Origin: an uncultured Gammaproteobacteria bacterium
Lineage (GTDB): Bacteria; Patescibacteriota; Microgenomatia; Daviesbacterales; UBA10151
Reading direction: 5' to 3'
Assembly: GCA_964625535.1 (NCBI GenBank)
Contig: CAZVEX010000001.1
Coordinates: 128,295 to 192,294 of the forward strand
Length of the DNA: 64,000 nt
This document shows positions 29,994-38,441 of this stretch, in pieces. The translations under genes and the position numbers were made by a program. The notes below the pieces were generated by a model. It was not told the DNA's origin. It saw only the letters and a program-made list of their open reading frames with translations, and ran no database searches. Within the stretch, counting starts at the first letter, position 1. Each line of letters opens with the position of its first letter.

Positions 29994-30608
29994 ATGCAGG
30001 GGTTTAAGACAGAAGGGATAATTTTAAAAAGGAGGGATTTTGGGGAGGCGGATCGCATCTTAACGGTTTTTTCTCTTAATAGGGGAAAAATTTCTGTTTT
30101 GGCTAAAGGGGTAAGAAGGATAACCTCAAGAAGAGCCGGTAATGTGGAACTGTTAAACAGGGTAATGATGTATCTTCATCCGGGCAAGAATTTTTTAATT
30201 TTAACAGAAGCAGTGGCTCTTGATACTTTTCAAAAATTAAAAGAGGACTTAACTCTGTCCACTTATGCATATCACATTTTGGAACTGACCGATAAACTGA
30301 CAGCGGAAAATCAGGAAAATAGAATTTTATATGAACATCTGGTAGAAGTTTTAAAAAGATTATCCAGAAATCCCCGCCAAATTTTAGTGAGGGCTTATGA
30401 GGCCAAAATTTTAGCCAATTTAGGATTTGTCAGTTTCAGGGGACAAAAGTTATTAGAGGAATTGGAGGGTTTATCTTGGGATGAGATTGAAAGAATAAAA
30501 ATAAATGAAAAAGAGGCTCTGGAATTGGAAAGAGCGTTACGCTATCATGTAGAGAGAGTAATAGAGAGTACTCTCAAAAGCAGAAAGTTTTTAAAATGGA
30601 CAAGATAG
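29994..30608 (+). CDS. recO: DNA repair protein RecO (short form)
   Basis: N-terminal OB-fold region EGIILKRRDFGEADRILTVFS...GKISVLAKGVRR. Confidence 0.6.
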   Translation: MQGFKTEGIILKRRDFGEADRILTVFSLNRGKISVLAKGVRRITSRRAGNVELLNRVMMYLHPGKNFLILTEAVALDTFQKLKEDLTLSTYAYHILELTDKLTAENQENRILYEHLVEVLKRLSRNPRQILVRAYEAKILANLGFVSFRGQKLLEELEGLSWDEIERIKINEKEALELERALRYHVERVIESTLKSRKFLKWTR

Positions 30609-31888
30609 TGGCGCTTTGCAAAAGAAGGGGGTTTATTTTTCCCGGATCAGAGATTTATGGGGGTTTGGCCAATAGTTGGGATTATGGCCCTTTAGGGGTT
30701 GAACTTAAAAACAACATCAAACAGGCCTGGTGGAAAAGATTTGTTCAACAAAGAGAAGATGTGGTGGGAATTGATGCTTCTTTGATCATGAATCCCAAAG
30801 TTTGGGTTGCTTCCGGCCATGTGGCCAATTTTCAAGATCCGCTGGTTGAGTGTAAGAAATGCCACGAGAGATTTCGGGCAGATCACATTAAAGATAAAAC
30901 GTGTCCTGCATGTGGTAAAGGCTCATTTACCAAAGAGCAAATGTTTAATTTAATGTTTAAAACTTATATCGGACCGGCCGAAGGATCATCCAATGTTGCC
31001 TATTTCCGACCGGAAACAGCTCAAGCCATGTTTGTAGATTTTAAAGCCGTTATTGATACCACCAGGTTAAAATTGCCTTTTGGTATTGCTCAAGTTGGTA
31101 AAGCTTTTAGAAATGAAATCACTCCGGGAAATTTCATTTTCCGAACCCGAGAATTTGAGCAAATGGAGATTGAATATTTTATCAAGCCTCCAAAAGAAGA
31201 TAAAGATTGGCAAAAATATTTTGAGGAGTGGAGACAAGAAATGCTTTCTTGGATTAAAGAAGATTTGGGAATAGGAATTAAAAAAATTCATGAACATGAG
31301 ATTTCCCCGCAAGAACGCGCTCATTATTCCAAAAGAACTATTGATTTTGAATATGATTTTCCATTCGGGACAAGTGAATTATATGGTTTGGCTTACAGAA
31401 CCGATTTTGATTTGAAAAACCACGAAAAATTTTCAGGACAGAATTTAAAATATAGAGATCCTGAAACCGGTGAGGAGTTTATCCCCCATGTGATTGAACC
31501 TACCTGGGGGGTGGATAGATCCGTGCTGGTAGCGTTAGTAGATGGTTATTTTGAAGATGATAAAAGAACTGTTTTGAAACTAAAACCCAGTTTAGCGCCT
31601 TACCAAGCGGCAGTATTTCCTCTGTTGGGAAATAAACCGGAGTTAGTTAAACTGGCCAGAGAAATTTATTTGGATTTAAAAAAAGATTTAATGGTAGCTT
31701 GGGATGATCGGGGTAATATTGGTGGTCGCTATGCCTCTCAAGATGAAATCGGTACCCCTTTTTGTATCACGGTTGATTTTAAATCGCTTGAGGATCAAAC
31801 AGTCACTGTTCGCGATCGCGATACCACCAAGCAAGATCGGGTAAAAATAGTTGACTTAAAAAGTTATTTAGATGATAAAATAAAATAG
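30596..31888 (+). CDS. glyQS: glycine--tRNA ligase, alpha2 (GlyQS) type
   Basis: N-terminus CKRRGFIFPGSEIYGGLANSWDYGPLG and class II motifs. Confidence 0.8.
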   Translation: MDKIVALCKRRGFIFPGSEIYGGLANSWDYGPLGVELKNNIKQAWWKRFVQQREDVVGIDASLIMNPKVWVASGHVANFQDPLVECKKCHERFRADHIKDKTCPACGKGSFTKEQMFNLMFKTYIGPAEGSSNVAYFRPETAQAMFVDFKAVIDTTRLKLPFGIAQVGKAFRNEITPGNFIFRTREFEQMEIEYFIKPPKEDKDWQKYFEEWRQEMLSWIKEDLGIGIKKIHEHEISPQERAHYSKRTIDFEYDFPFGTSELYGLAYRTDFDLKNHEKFSGQNLKYRDPETGEEFIPHVIEPTWGVDRSVLVALVDGYFEDDKRTVLKLKPSLAPYQAAVFPLLGNKPELVKLAREIYLDLKKDLMVAWDDRGNIGGRYASQDEIGTPFCITVDFKSLEDQTVTVRDRDTTKQDRVKIVDLKSYLDDKIK

Positions 31889-32784
31889 TGGTAGAAAAAA
31901 TTAAGTTATTTCTGGCAGTCCATAAAGCGACTGTCATTTTAGTAGCAGCACTCCTAACCCTGATTATAGGAGGATCTTTTGTCTTTCAAAAAATTAATTC
32001 TTCTTCTCAAGTGGTGGAGGAAATCGATCTTCCATTTGATCCGGAAGGACCATTCGCACTACTTCATCCCCGAAGAGATGGTAATGCTTTAATTTTAAAC
32101 TTAAAAAGAACAGCTTCCTATGAAAGTATATCTTATGAACTGGCATACACCAGCAAGATTTTGGAAACTGCGGTTGAGGGCAGTGGCAAGATTTTAGATG
32201 AGGGTCAAGGAGAGAAAGGGGGAATGATTGACAGGGGGGTGGTGGGAACCATAGATACCAAAGAAAAAAAAGGGGAATACGAGCAAGAAATTTTGTTTGG
32301 AACATGCAGCAAAAATGTTTGCAAATATGACCAAGGTGTGGAAAACGGAACTCTGGCTTTGCGTATTAAAAAGGGCAACAAGATTTTTAAGTTGATTTCG
32401 CAATGGCATTTGCAAAAACCAGATGTGGCTTTGGGAGTTTTGACCTCGGGTGACAGCCACCTGATTTATAAGGTGAATGCGGATAGGCAAACTCTTTCCA
32501 ATATAGGATTTACTATTATCAATGATTTAACAGGGGTGCCGAAATTACCTTCTGAAAAGCAAGTTTTAGGCAAAGTTTATTCTCTCAATGTACCTATTGC
32601 CAAAAGTTTGCCGGCAGGGGATGTCAGTCTGGAACTGGCAGAAAATCCCCCAAGCGAGGCTAAACTTTTCAGGCACGATGGAAGTAAATGGGAAGAGTTG
32701 GAAACAAAAATAGATGGATCTAAACTATCTGCCAAAGCTTCCGGCTCCGGCATATTTGCTGTTTTAATATCTAATAAAAAATAA
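31888..32784 (+). CDS. hypothetical membrane-anchored or secreted protein
   Basis: 298 aa with an N-terminal TM or signal-anchor. No motif was recognised. Confidence 0.4.
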   Translation: MVEKIKLFLAVHKATVILVAALLTLIIGGSFVFQKINSSSQVVEEIDLPFDPEGPFALLHPRRDGNALILNLKRTASYESISYELAYTSKILETAVEGSGKILDEGQGEKGGMIDRGVVGTIDTKEKKGEYEQEILFGTCSKNVCKYDQGVENGTLALRIKKGNKIFKLISQWHLQKPDVALGVLTSGDSHLIYKVNADRQTLSNIGFTIINDLTGVPKLPSEKQVLGKVYSLNVPIAKSLPAGDVSLELAENPPSEAKLFRHDGSKWEELETKIDGSKLSAKASGSGIFAVLISNKK

Positions 32785-32797
32785 AATTCTTGTGAAC

Positions 32798-33358
32798 CTA
32801 TACTCTAGCAAGTCTTTGTACTGAATCATATTGAATGAGTTTATATGTGGGTACTTGTAAACCATTATCAAGGGCATCAACAATTCCCATGGCCATTCTT
32901 TTTTGTAATTCACTAATAGGATTATAGTTACCGATTCCACTACCATAGCTATCAACAGTTAATAGAGTAAATTCCTCTTCATCCATTAATGCTATAATTA
33001 GAGCCCGACCAATCATAGGCCGAGAGTGAACTTTTTTATCTTTTTCTCCTCTCAATTTTACAGCTAAATTCATTTCACCATAAAGAACTGGATATGGTAA
33101 AGTTTCATACCATGGTTCTGTTCGTGGATCATATCGGTAAGAAGGATTATTTTGAGCTTCTCTTTCCAAACTATGACATATGCCTTTTTTTTCAAGCACC
33201 CTCTCGGCTTTATCTAAAAATTCCTCCACCCATTTTTTACGCTCTTCCGCTTCTCTTATTTCTCTTTCCCGCTTTGCCCTGTTTGCTAGCCGTATAGCAC
33301 TTGCTTCTTCTACTGCTTTTCCAATAAATGTTGTTAGTTCACTATCTACTATAGCCAT
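32798..33358 (-). CDS. hypothetical protein, function unknown
   Basis: 186-aa ORF, convergent with the upstream gene and divergent from mraZ. N-terminal charged region (REREIREAEERKK) that looks coiled-coil, and no TM segment. Confidence 0.4.
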   Translation of the reverse strand: MAIVDSELTTFIGKAVEEASAIRLANRAKREREIREAEERKKWVEEFLDKAERVLEKKGICHSLEREAQNNPSYRYDPRTEPWYETLPYPVLYGEMNLAVKLRGEKDKKVHSRPMIGRALIIALMDEEEFTLLTVDSYGSGIGNYNPISELQKRMAMGIVDALDNGLQVPTYKLIQYDSVQRLARV

Positions 33359-33457
33359 AATTGACTTATATTATATAGGCTTTTAATTGATTAGTCAAGT
33401 AAGCAAGATGTTGGTTAAAGTCTTTTTCCCACTTGCCCCTTGACAAGTTATTATAAA

Positions 33458-33483
33458 ATGGTTCAAAATGGTTATAGATGGTG
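33458..33483 (+). promoter_or_regulatory. three direct repeats ATGGTT / ATGGTT / ATGGTG at 10-bp periodicity upstream of mraZ: candidate MraZ operator
   Basis: Repeats read directly at about 33458, 33468 and 33478. MraZ is known to autoregulate by binding direct repeats in its own promoter. Confidence 0.35.
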
Positions 33484-33512
33484 AATTAAGGTGATCTGCC
33501 CAACCAGGAAGG

Positions 33513-33932
33513 TTGTCCTTCATGTTTTTGGGCGAATACAAAGCTAAATTCACAGGCAAAGGAAGAGTAATTCTGCCCCGTAAATTCAGGCAAGAGCTCA
33601 AAAGTAGGGAAATTATCTTAAGCCGAGGTTTTGAGAAATGCATTTGGGGATTTGATTTAAAAGATTTCGAGGCAGAAGCGAAAAAGCAGCTTGAAATATC
33701 TGCAACAGAAGAACGGGCCAGGTATTTGCGCAGATACCTATTTTCTGGCAGCGAATCGGTGGAGTTGGACGTTCAAGGTAGGATTATTATCCCGTCTGCC
33801 CTGCTTGATTTTGCTAGCGTTAAAGAGGAAGTGACAATTATAGGCGCGGGTGATCATTTTGAAATTTGGGAAAAGCGACTCTGGGAAAAACATATACGGC
33901 AAATTGAGAGGGAATATGGAAGGTTATCATAA
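33513..33932 (+). CDS. mraZ: transcriptional regulator MraZ
   Basis: MFLGEYKAKFTGKGRVILPRKFR, with two MraZ-type repeats. The real start is possibly the second or third Met at 33522. Confidence 0.75.
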   Translation: MSFMFLGEYKAKFTGKGRVILPRKFRQELKSREIILSRGFEKCIWGFDLKDFEAEAKKQLEISATEERARYLRRYLFSGSESVELDVQGRIIIPSALLDFASVKEEVTIIGAGDHFEIWEKRLWEKHIRQIEREYGRLS

Positions 33933-34785
33933 AAGCGTTCTTCTTGGGGAAGTGATAGATGCACTCAATGTCCGAGATGCCTGGTACTTGGATTGTACTT
34001 TAGGCGACGGAGGGCATTCGATAGAGATAATTAAGCGGGGAGGTAAAGTAGTCGGAATAGACATTGACCCGCAGGCCCTGAAAAGAGTGCAAAAAAGATT
34101 TGATGATAGCGAGTTGGATAAGCGACAATATACGCTGTTACAGGGAAATTTTAGAGACTTAAAAAAATTAATTCAGACGGAAACTAAATTTGCAGGAGTG
34201 TTGTTTGATCTTGGGGTTTCCAGTCTGCAACTGATGAGCCCCGAAAGGGGTTTTTCTTTTGCAAAGTCAGGCCCTTTGGATATGAGAATGGATCCAAGTT
34301 TGCAAGTTCAAGCAAAGGATCTCTTGAAGGTGTTATCAAGAAAGGAGCTTTATGAATTATTTCTTAAATTTGGTGAAGAAAAAAATTCTTGGGCCTTGGC
34401 TGCTGCTTTGGAGCGCGCCGGTGAAATAACAACTACGACGGAGCTGGCAAGGGTTGTGGCGAATGCGGTGGGGGGAAGAAGCGAGAGGATACATTCGGCA
34501 ACCAGGGTGTTTCAGGCTTTAAGAATTGCAGTTAATGATGAACTGGCTGCCTTGGAGGAGGCGTTACCTCAAGCACTGGAGGTTTTAGCTAAAAATGGTC
34601 GCATTGTGGTTATTAGTTTTCACTCACTTGAAGATAGGATCGTTAAGAATTTTTTTAAGAGTTGGGAATCTAAGGGAATGGGTCAGGTTTTAACAAAGAA
34701 ACCGATCGTTCCTTCCGAAGATGAGGTTAATGTTAATCCAAGATCAAGATCGGCTAAAATGCGTGTCTTTAAAAAAATTATATGA
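33916..34785 (+). CDS. rsmH: 16S rRNA (cytosine1402-N4)-methyltransferase RsmH (MraW)
   Basis: HKSVLLGEVIDAL...DCTLGDGGHS. Start reassigned to the internal Met. Confidence 0.8.
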   Translation: MEGYHKSVLLGEVIDALNVRDAWYLDCTLGDGGHSIEIIKRGGKVVGIDIDPQALKRVQKRFDDSELDKRQYTLLQGNFRDLKKLIQTETKFAGVLFDLGVSSLQLMSPERGFSFAKSGPLDMRMDPSLQVQAKDLLKVLSRKELYELFLKFGEEKNSWALAAALERAGEITTTTELARVVANAVGGRSERIHSATRVFQALRIAVNDELAALEEALPQALEVLAKNGRIVVISFHSLEDRIVKNFFKSWESKGMGQVLTKKPIVPSEDEVNVNPRSRSAKMRVFKKII

Positions 34786-35078
34786 CTATAATTAAAAAAT
34801 TCGATCCGGAAGAATACGCCAGTAAATTCCCCAAAAAATATATTGTCTTGGCGGCGGCTGGCGTGTTGATTTTAGCTATTGCTCAAATTTGGGTTAATAA
34901 TACGGTGGTAAATTATGGTGAAAAACTGGCAAGCATCGCCAAACTTAAAAGCACTTTGGAAATGGAGAATACTTTTTTGGAAAACGAAATGGCCGGTAGA
35001 TTATCTTTAACTAACATAGCCACCGAGTCGTCAAAGCTTGGCTTTTCCAAAATCGAAAGTATACAATACATTAGGTAA
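34782..35078 (+). CDS. cell division protein FtsL-like (small bitopic)
   Basis: 98 aa with a single TM helix and a predicted coiled coil, sitting between rsmH and ftsI. Confidence 0.4.
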   Translation: MTIIKKFDPEEYASKFPKKYIVLAAAGVLILAIAQIWVNNTVVNYGEKLASIAKLKSTLEMENTFLENEMAGRLSLTNIATESSKLGFSKIESIQYIR

Positions 35079-36775
35079 TGCGAATATACCTAATCAAAAT
35101 TTTCTTCCTGTTTTTTTTCTTAAGTATTTTATCCAGGCTGTTTTACTGGCAAGTTGTCAAAGCAGACTTTTTACAGGCCAAGGGCGAAGATCAGCATTTT
35201 AAAGATACGGCTGTGGAGGCGGAGAGAGGAAAGATATTTTTTGAGGACGGATCGATTTTGGCATCATCAAACCCCACCTTTTCTCTGTATGGGCTGCCCA
35301 AAGTTCTCTCTAAAGAGGAAAAGTTAAAGTTGTCATACCTGTTGGCAAAGATTCTAACAGTTGATTCTTCTCAAATAGATGCTGTAGCTCGGGATTTGTT
35401 AAACAGTTTGCAACAGGATTTATACTGGGTGCCTCTTAAAAAAGGACTGGACTTGCAAACAAAGAGAAAAATTGAAGATCTAAATCTGGCGGGTATAGGA
35501 TTTGACAGTACCAGCGGCAGGTTTTACCCGGAGGGTTCCTCGTCTGCTCATTTATTAGGATTTGTGGGATCGGATGCCAAGGGAGGGCAGAAAGGATATT
35601 TTGGGTTGGAAGGTTTCTATGAGGGTGAGCTAAAAGGTACGCCCGGACTTTTAAGGCACGAAAAAGATGCTTTGGGGTTGCCTATTTTGATTGGCAAGTT
35701 TCTAACTAATGAGGTCAACAATGGTAAGGATTTGTTACTGAATATTGATCGATCTGTCCAATTTACGGTAGAAGAAGCCTTAAAGCGGGGTTTGGAAAAA
35801 TACGGGGCAAAGGCGGCCTCTGCCGTAGTGATGGATCCTAGGTCAGGAGCAATTTTGGCGCTGGCATCTTTTCCCAGTTATGATCCGGCAAAGTATTTTA
35901 ATTTCCCCTCGGACTATTATAAAAACCCCATTGTGGCAGACTCCTACGAACCCGGTTCTACTTTTAAAGTTCTGGTGATGGCAGCTGCTATCAATGAGGA
36001 TCTGGTTACGCCGGAGACGACCTGTGATATCTGCACTGGACCAATTTCCCTGGGAGGTTTTGCTATCAGGACCTGGAATAATAAATATTATCCGGAGACT
36101 AATCTTAAAGATGTGATTATACATTCGGATAATATAGGGATGGTTTTTACCGGAATGAAACTGGGTCTGGATAAATTCTATTCATACCTGGAAAATTATG
36201 GTTTTGGGCAAGCCACAGACATTGATTTACAGGATGAATCTTCCTCCGATCTGCGGTCAAAAGAAGCTTGGCGCGAGATTGATCTGGCCACCGCCTCTTT
36301 TGGTCAGGGAATTGCCATTACTCCAATTCAAATGATCAGGGCGCTAGCCGCTATTGCCAATGGAGGATACTTGATGGAACCTCATGTTGTACAAAAAATT
36401 ACTGATGAAAAAGGCTCTTTTGAAATTAAACCCAAAGTAGTAAGGAAAGTCTTAAAAGAAGAAACTGCCAAGATTGTAACCGAGATGATGGTAAAAGCGG
36501 TTGATGAGGGGGAGGCCAAATGGGCCAAGCCCAAGGGGTTTAAAATTGCCGGAAAAACCGGCACCGCCCAAATCCCGGTAGCCGGCCACTACGATCCCAA
36601 TAAAACTATAGCTTCTTTTGTGGGATTTGCTCCAGCAGATAATCCCAAATTTGTCATGCTGGTGCGTTATGACCAACCTTCATCTTCCATTTTCGGTTCG
36701 GAAACCGCCGCCCCCACCTTTTTTGAAATAGCCAAAGAACTTTTTAACTACTACAAAATCGCCCCTACAGAATAA
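35078..36775 (+). CDS. ftsI: penicillin-binding protein, class B transpeptidase (FtsI/PBP2-like)
   Basis: STFK (SxxK), HSDN (SxN) and KTGTA (KTG) motifs, plus an N-terminal TM helix. Confidence 0.8.
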   Translation: MRIYLIKIFFLFFFLSILSRLFYWQVVKADFLQAKGEDQHFKDTAVEAERGKIFFEDGSILASSNPTFSLYGLPKVLSKEEKLKLSYLLAKILTVDSSQIDAVARDLLNSLQQDLYWVPLKKGLDLQTKRKIEDLNLAGIGFDSTSGRFYPEGSSSAHLLGFVGSDAKGGQKGYFGLEGFYEGELKGTPGLLRHEKDALGLPILIGKFLTNEVNNGKDLLLNIDRSVQFTVEEALKRGLEKYGAKAASAVVMDPRSGAILALASFPSYDPAKYFNFPSDYYKNPIVADSYEPGSTFKVLVMAAAINEDLVTPETTCDICTGPISLGGFAIRTWNNKYYPETNLKDVIIHSDNIGMVFTGMKLGLDKFYSYLENYGFGQATDIDLQDESSSDLRSKEAWREIDLATASFGQGIAITPIQMIRALAAIANGGYLMEPHVVQKITDEKGSFEIKPKVVRKVLKEETAKIVTEMMVKAVDEGEAKWAKPKGFKIAGKTGTAQIPVAGHYDPNKTIASFVGFAPADNPKFVMLVRYDQPSSSIFGSETAAPTFFEIAKELFNYYKIAPTE

Positions 36776-36796
36776 AAATAAGCTATAATAGCTTCA

Positions 36797-37870
36797 ATGA
36801 AAAAAATTGTTAGGAAATTTTTACCCCAATGGGTAATAAATTATTTTTGGCATTTGCCAAAAGCTGTTTTGGCCAATGTTGTTTATGGCCTCCCCGCCAG
36901 GGGAGTTAAAGTTATTGGGGTAACTGGGACTGACGGGAAAACCACCACAGTTAATATGATTTATCAAATCCTAAAAGCAGCAGGCAAAAAAGTATCAATG
37001 GTTTCAACTTTGAATGCCCCGGGTTTTCATGTTACAAGCCCCGATCCCTTCGTTATCCAAAAATTTGCCAAAGATTTAAGGAATGAATATCTGGTTTTGG
37101 AAGTGACATCTCACGGCTTGGATCAATTTAGATTTTGGGGAATAAAATTTGAGGTGGGGGTTATTACCAATATTACCCATGAACATTTAGATTATCATAA
37201 AACCTTTGAAAATTATCGCAGTACCAAGCTAAAATTATTAAAAAATTCAAAAAAAGGGGTAGAATATAAAAAATTAAAACTTAAACTAAAAATCCCGGGT
37301 GAATATAATATTGAGAATGCCTCTGCCGCTGTGGCCGTAACCACTGCTTTGGGTATAGACCAAGAGCTAGCAAGGAAAGCAGTGGAAAATTTTGAAGGGT
37401 TAACAGGTAGAATGGAGGAAGTAAAAAATAACCGGGGGATTAAAATTATTATTGACTTTGCCCATACCCCAAATGCTCTGGAGAGAGTCTTAAAAACTTT
37501 AAAATCCGACAGAGGCAGACTGATTGCAGTTTTTGGTTGCGCCGGGAAAAGAGATGAAGGAAAAAGGCCGCTCATGGGAGAAATTGCCGGAAGGCTTGCT
37601 GACTCTGTTGTAATTACTGCGGAAGATCCCAGAGGGGAGCTTAAAAGTATCAACGAACAAATTATAGCTGGTGTCAAAAATAGAAAAAAACTCTTTGTGG
37701 TGAGTGACAGGCAGGCTGCAATTCATTTTGCTATAAATAAACTGGCCAAAAAAGGTGATACTGTAGGAATTTTTGGCAAAGGGCATGAAAGATCAATGAA
37801 TTTAGACGGCAAGAAAGAAATTCCTTGGTCAGACAAAGAAGCAGTAGAGAAGGTTTTACATGGACAGTAA
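36797..37870 (+). CDS. murE: Mur ligase lacking the N-terminal domain, probably MurE
   Basis: P-loop GVTGTDGKTTT occurs at residue ~40, and a C-terminal EDPRGE segment resembles the MurE DNPR motif. The protein is 357 aa against ~490 typical. Confidence 0.55.
   Translation: MKKIVRKFLPQWVINYFWHLPKAVLANVVYGLPARGVKVIGVTGTDGKTTTVNMIYQILKAAGKKVSMVSTLNAPGFHVTSPDPFVIQKFAKDLRNEYLVLEVTSHGLDQFRFWGIKFEVGVITNITHEHLDYHKTFENYRSTKLKLLKNSKKGVEYKKLKLKLKIPGEYNIENASAAVAVTTALGIDQELARKAVENFEGLTGRMEEVKNNRGIKIIIDFAHTPNALERVLKTLKSDRGRLIAVFGCAGKRDEGKRPLMGEIAGRLADSVVITAEDPRGELKSINEQIIAGVKNRKKLFVVSDRQAAIHFAINKLAKKGDTVGIFGKGHERSMNLDGKKEIPWSDKEAVEKVLHGQ
37228..37294 (+). repeat. A-rich degenerate heptamer-like tract (AAAATTA, AATTCAA, AAACTTA...) encoding a Lys/Leu-rich insertion in MurE
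   Basis: Direct reading; encodes KLKLLKNSKKGVEYKKLKLKLKIP. Confidence 0.35.
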
Positions 37871-38441
37871 ATATAAACTAATCATTGATTCTTTTGGCAA
37901 AGACCGTTTTAAGAGCGATGAACCCCTCATGGAGCATACTGCGCTGTCTTCGGGTGGCCTGGCAAAATTATTTTTCATTGCTTTTACGGTTTCCGAACTT
38001 ATCAAAATTGTCAACATGTGCAGACAACTTAAACTGCCATTTTTTATTTTCGGTCTGGGTACAAAAATTATGATTTCAGATTCGGGTTTTGACGGTCTGG
38101 TGATTAAAAACAGAACCAAGGAGATAGAGACTGTTTCCATCAAAGGCAAAGCTTCCAGAGTGGGTATTGGCATTGAAGAGGCCCTGGTAGAGGTGTCATC
38201 GGGCGTTTCCGTGGGAAGATTTATGGAGTTTCTTAACTCCCATGGTCTTTATTGGGATGAGTTCAAAAACATCCCTGGGACAGTGGGTGGAAATCTTTTC
38301 TTAAGCAAAACTTTGCAAAATAGGATCAAAAGTATTAAAGTATTATCCTTAAGATCCAAAATTGAAGAAATACCGGCCAGCGAGTTAAGCTTAAAAAAGC
38401 ACATCGTTTTATCGGCAGTATTCAGGATAAAAGCCAAATGA
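37860..38441 (+). CDS. murB: UDP-N-acetylenolpyruvoylglucosamine reductase, N-terminal FAD-binding domain only (truncated MurB)
   Basis: EPLMEHTALSSGGLAKLF...FIFGLGTKIM...IPGTVGG matches the MurB FAD-binding domain. The ORF ends after ~193 aa where the MurB C-terminal substrate domain would begin, and murA starts immediately with a 4-nt overlap. Confidence 0.5.
   Translation: MDSKYKLIIDSFGKDRFKSDEPLMEHTALSSGGLAKLFFIAFTVSELIKIVNMCRQLKLPFFIFGLGTKIMISDSGFDGLVIKNRTKEIETVSIKGKASRVGIGIEEALVEVSSGVSVGRFMEFLNSHGLYWDEFKNIPGTVGGNLFLSKTLQNRIKSIKVLSLRSKIEEIPASELSLKKHIVLSAVFRIKAK

Noticed and set aside
33440-33445. TTGACA hexamer upstream of mraZ as a complete sigma70 promoter.
   Set aside because: No acceptable -10 hexamer lies at 16-19 nt spacing, so only the -35-like hexamer and the direct repeats are reported, and no full promoter is called.
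36776-36796. Short palindrome AGCTATAATAGCT after ftsI as a terminator.
   Set aside because: Its stem is only 5 bp with no following T-tract, and the next gene starts 21 nt later in the same operon.
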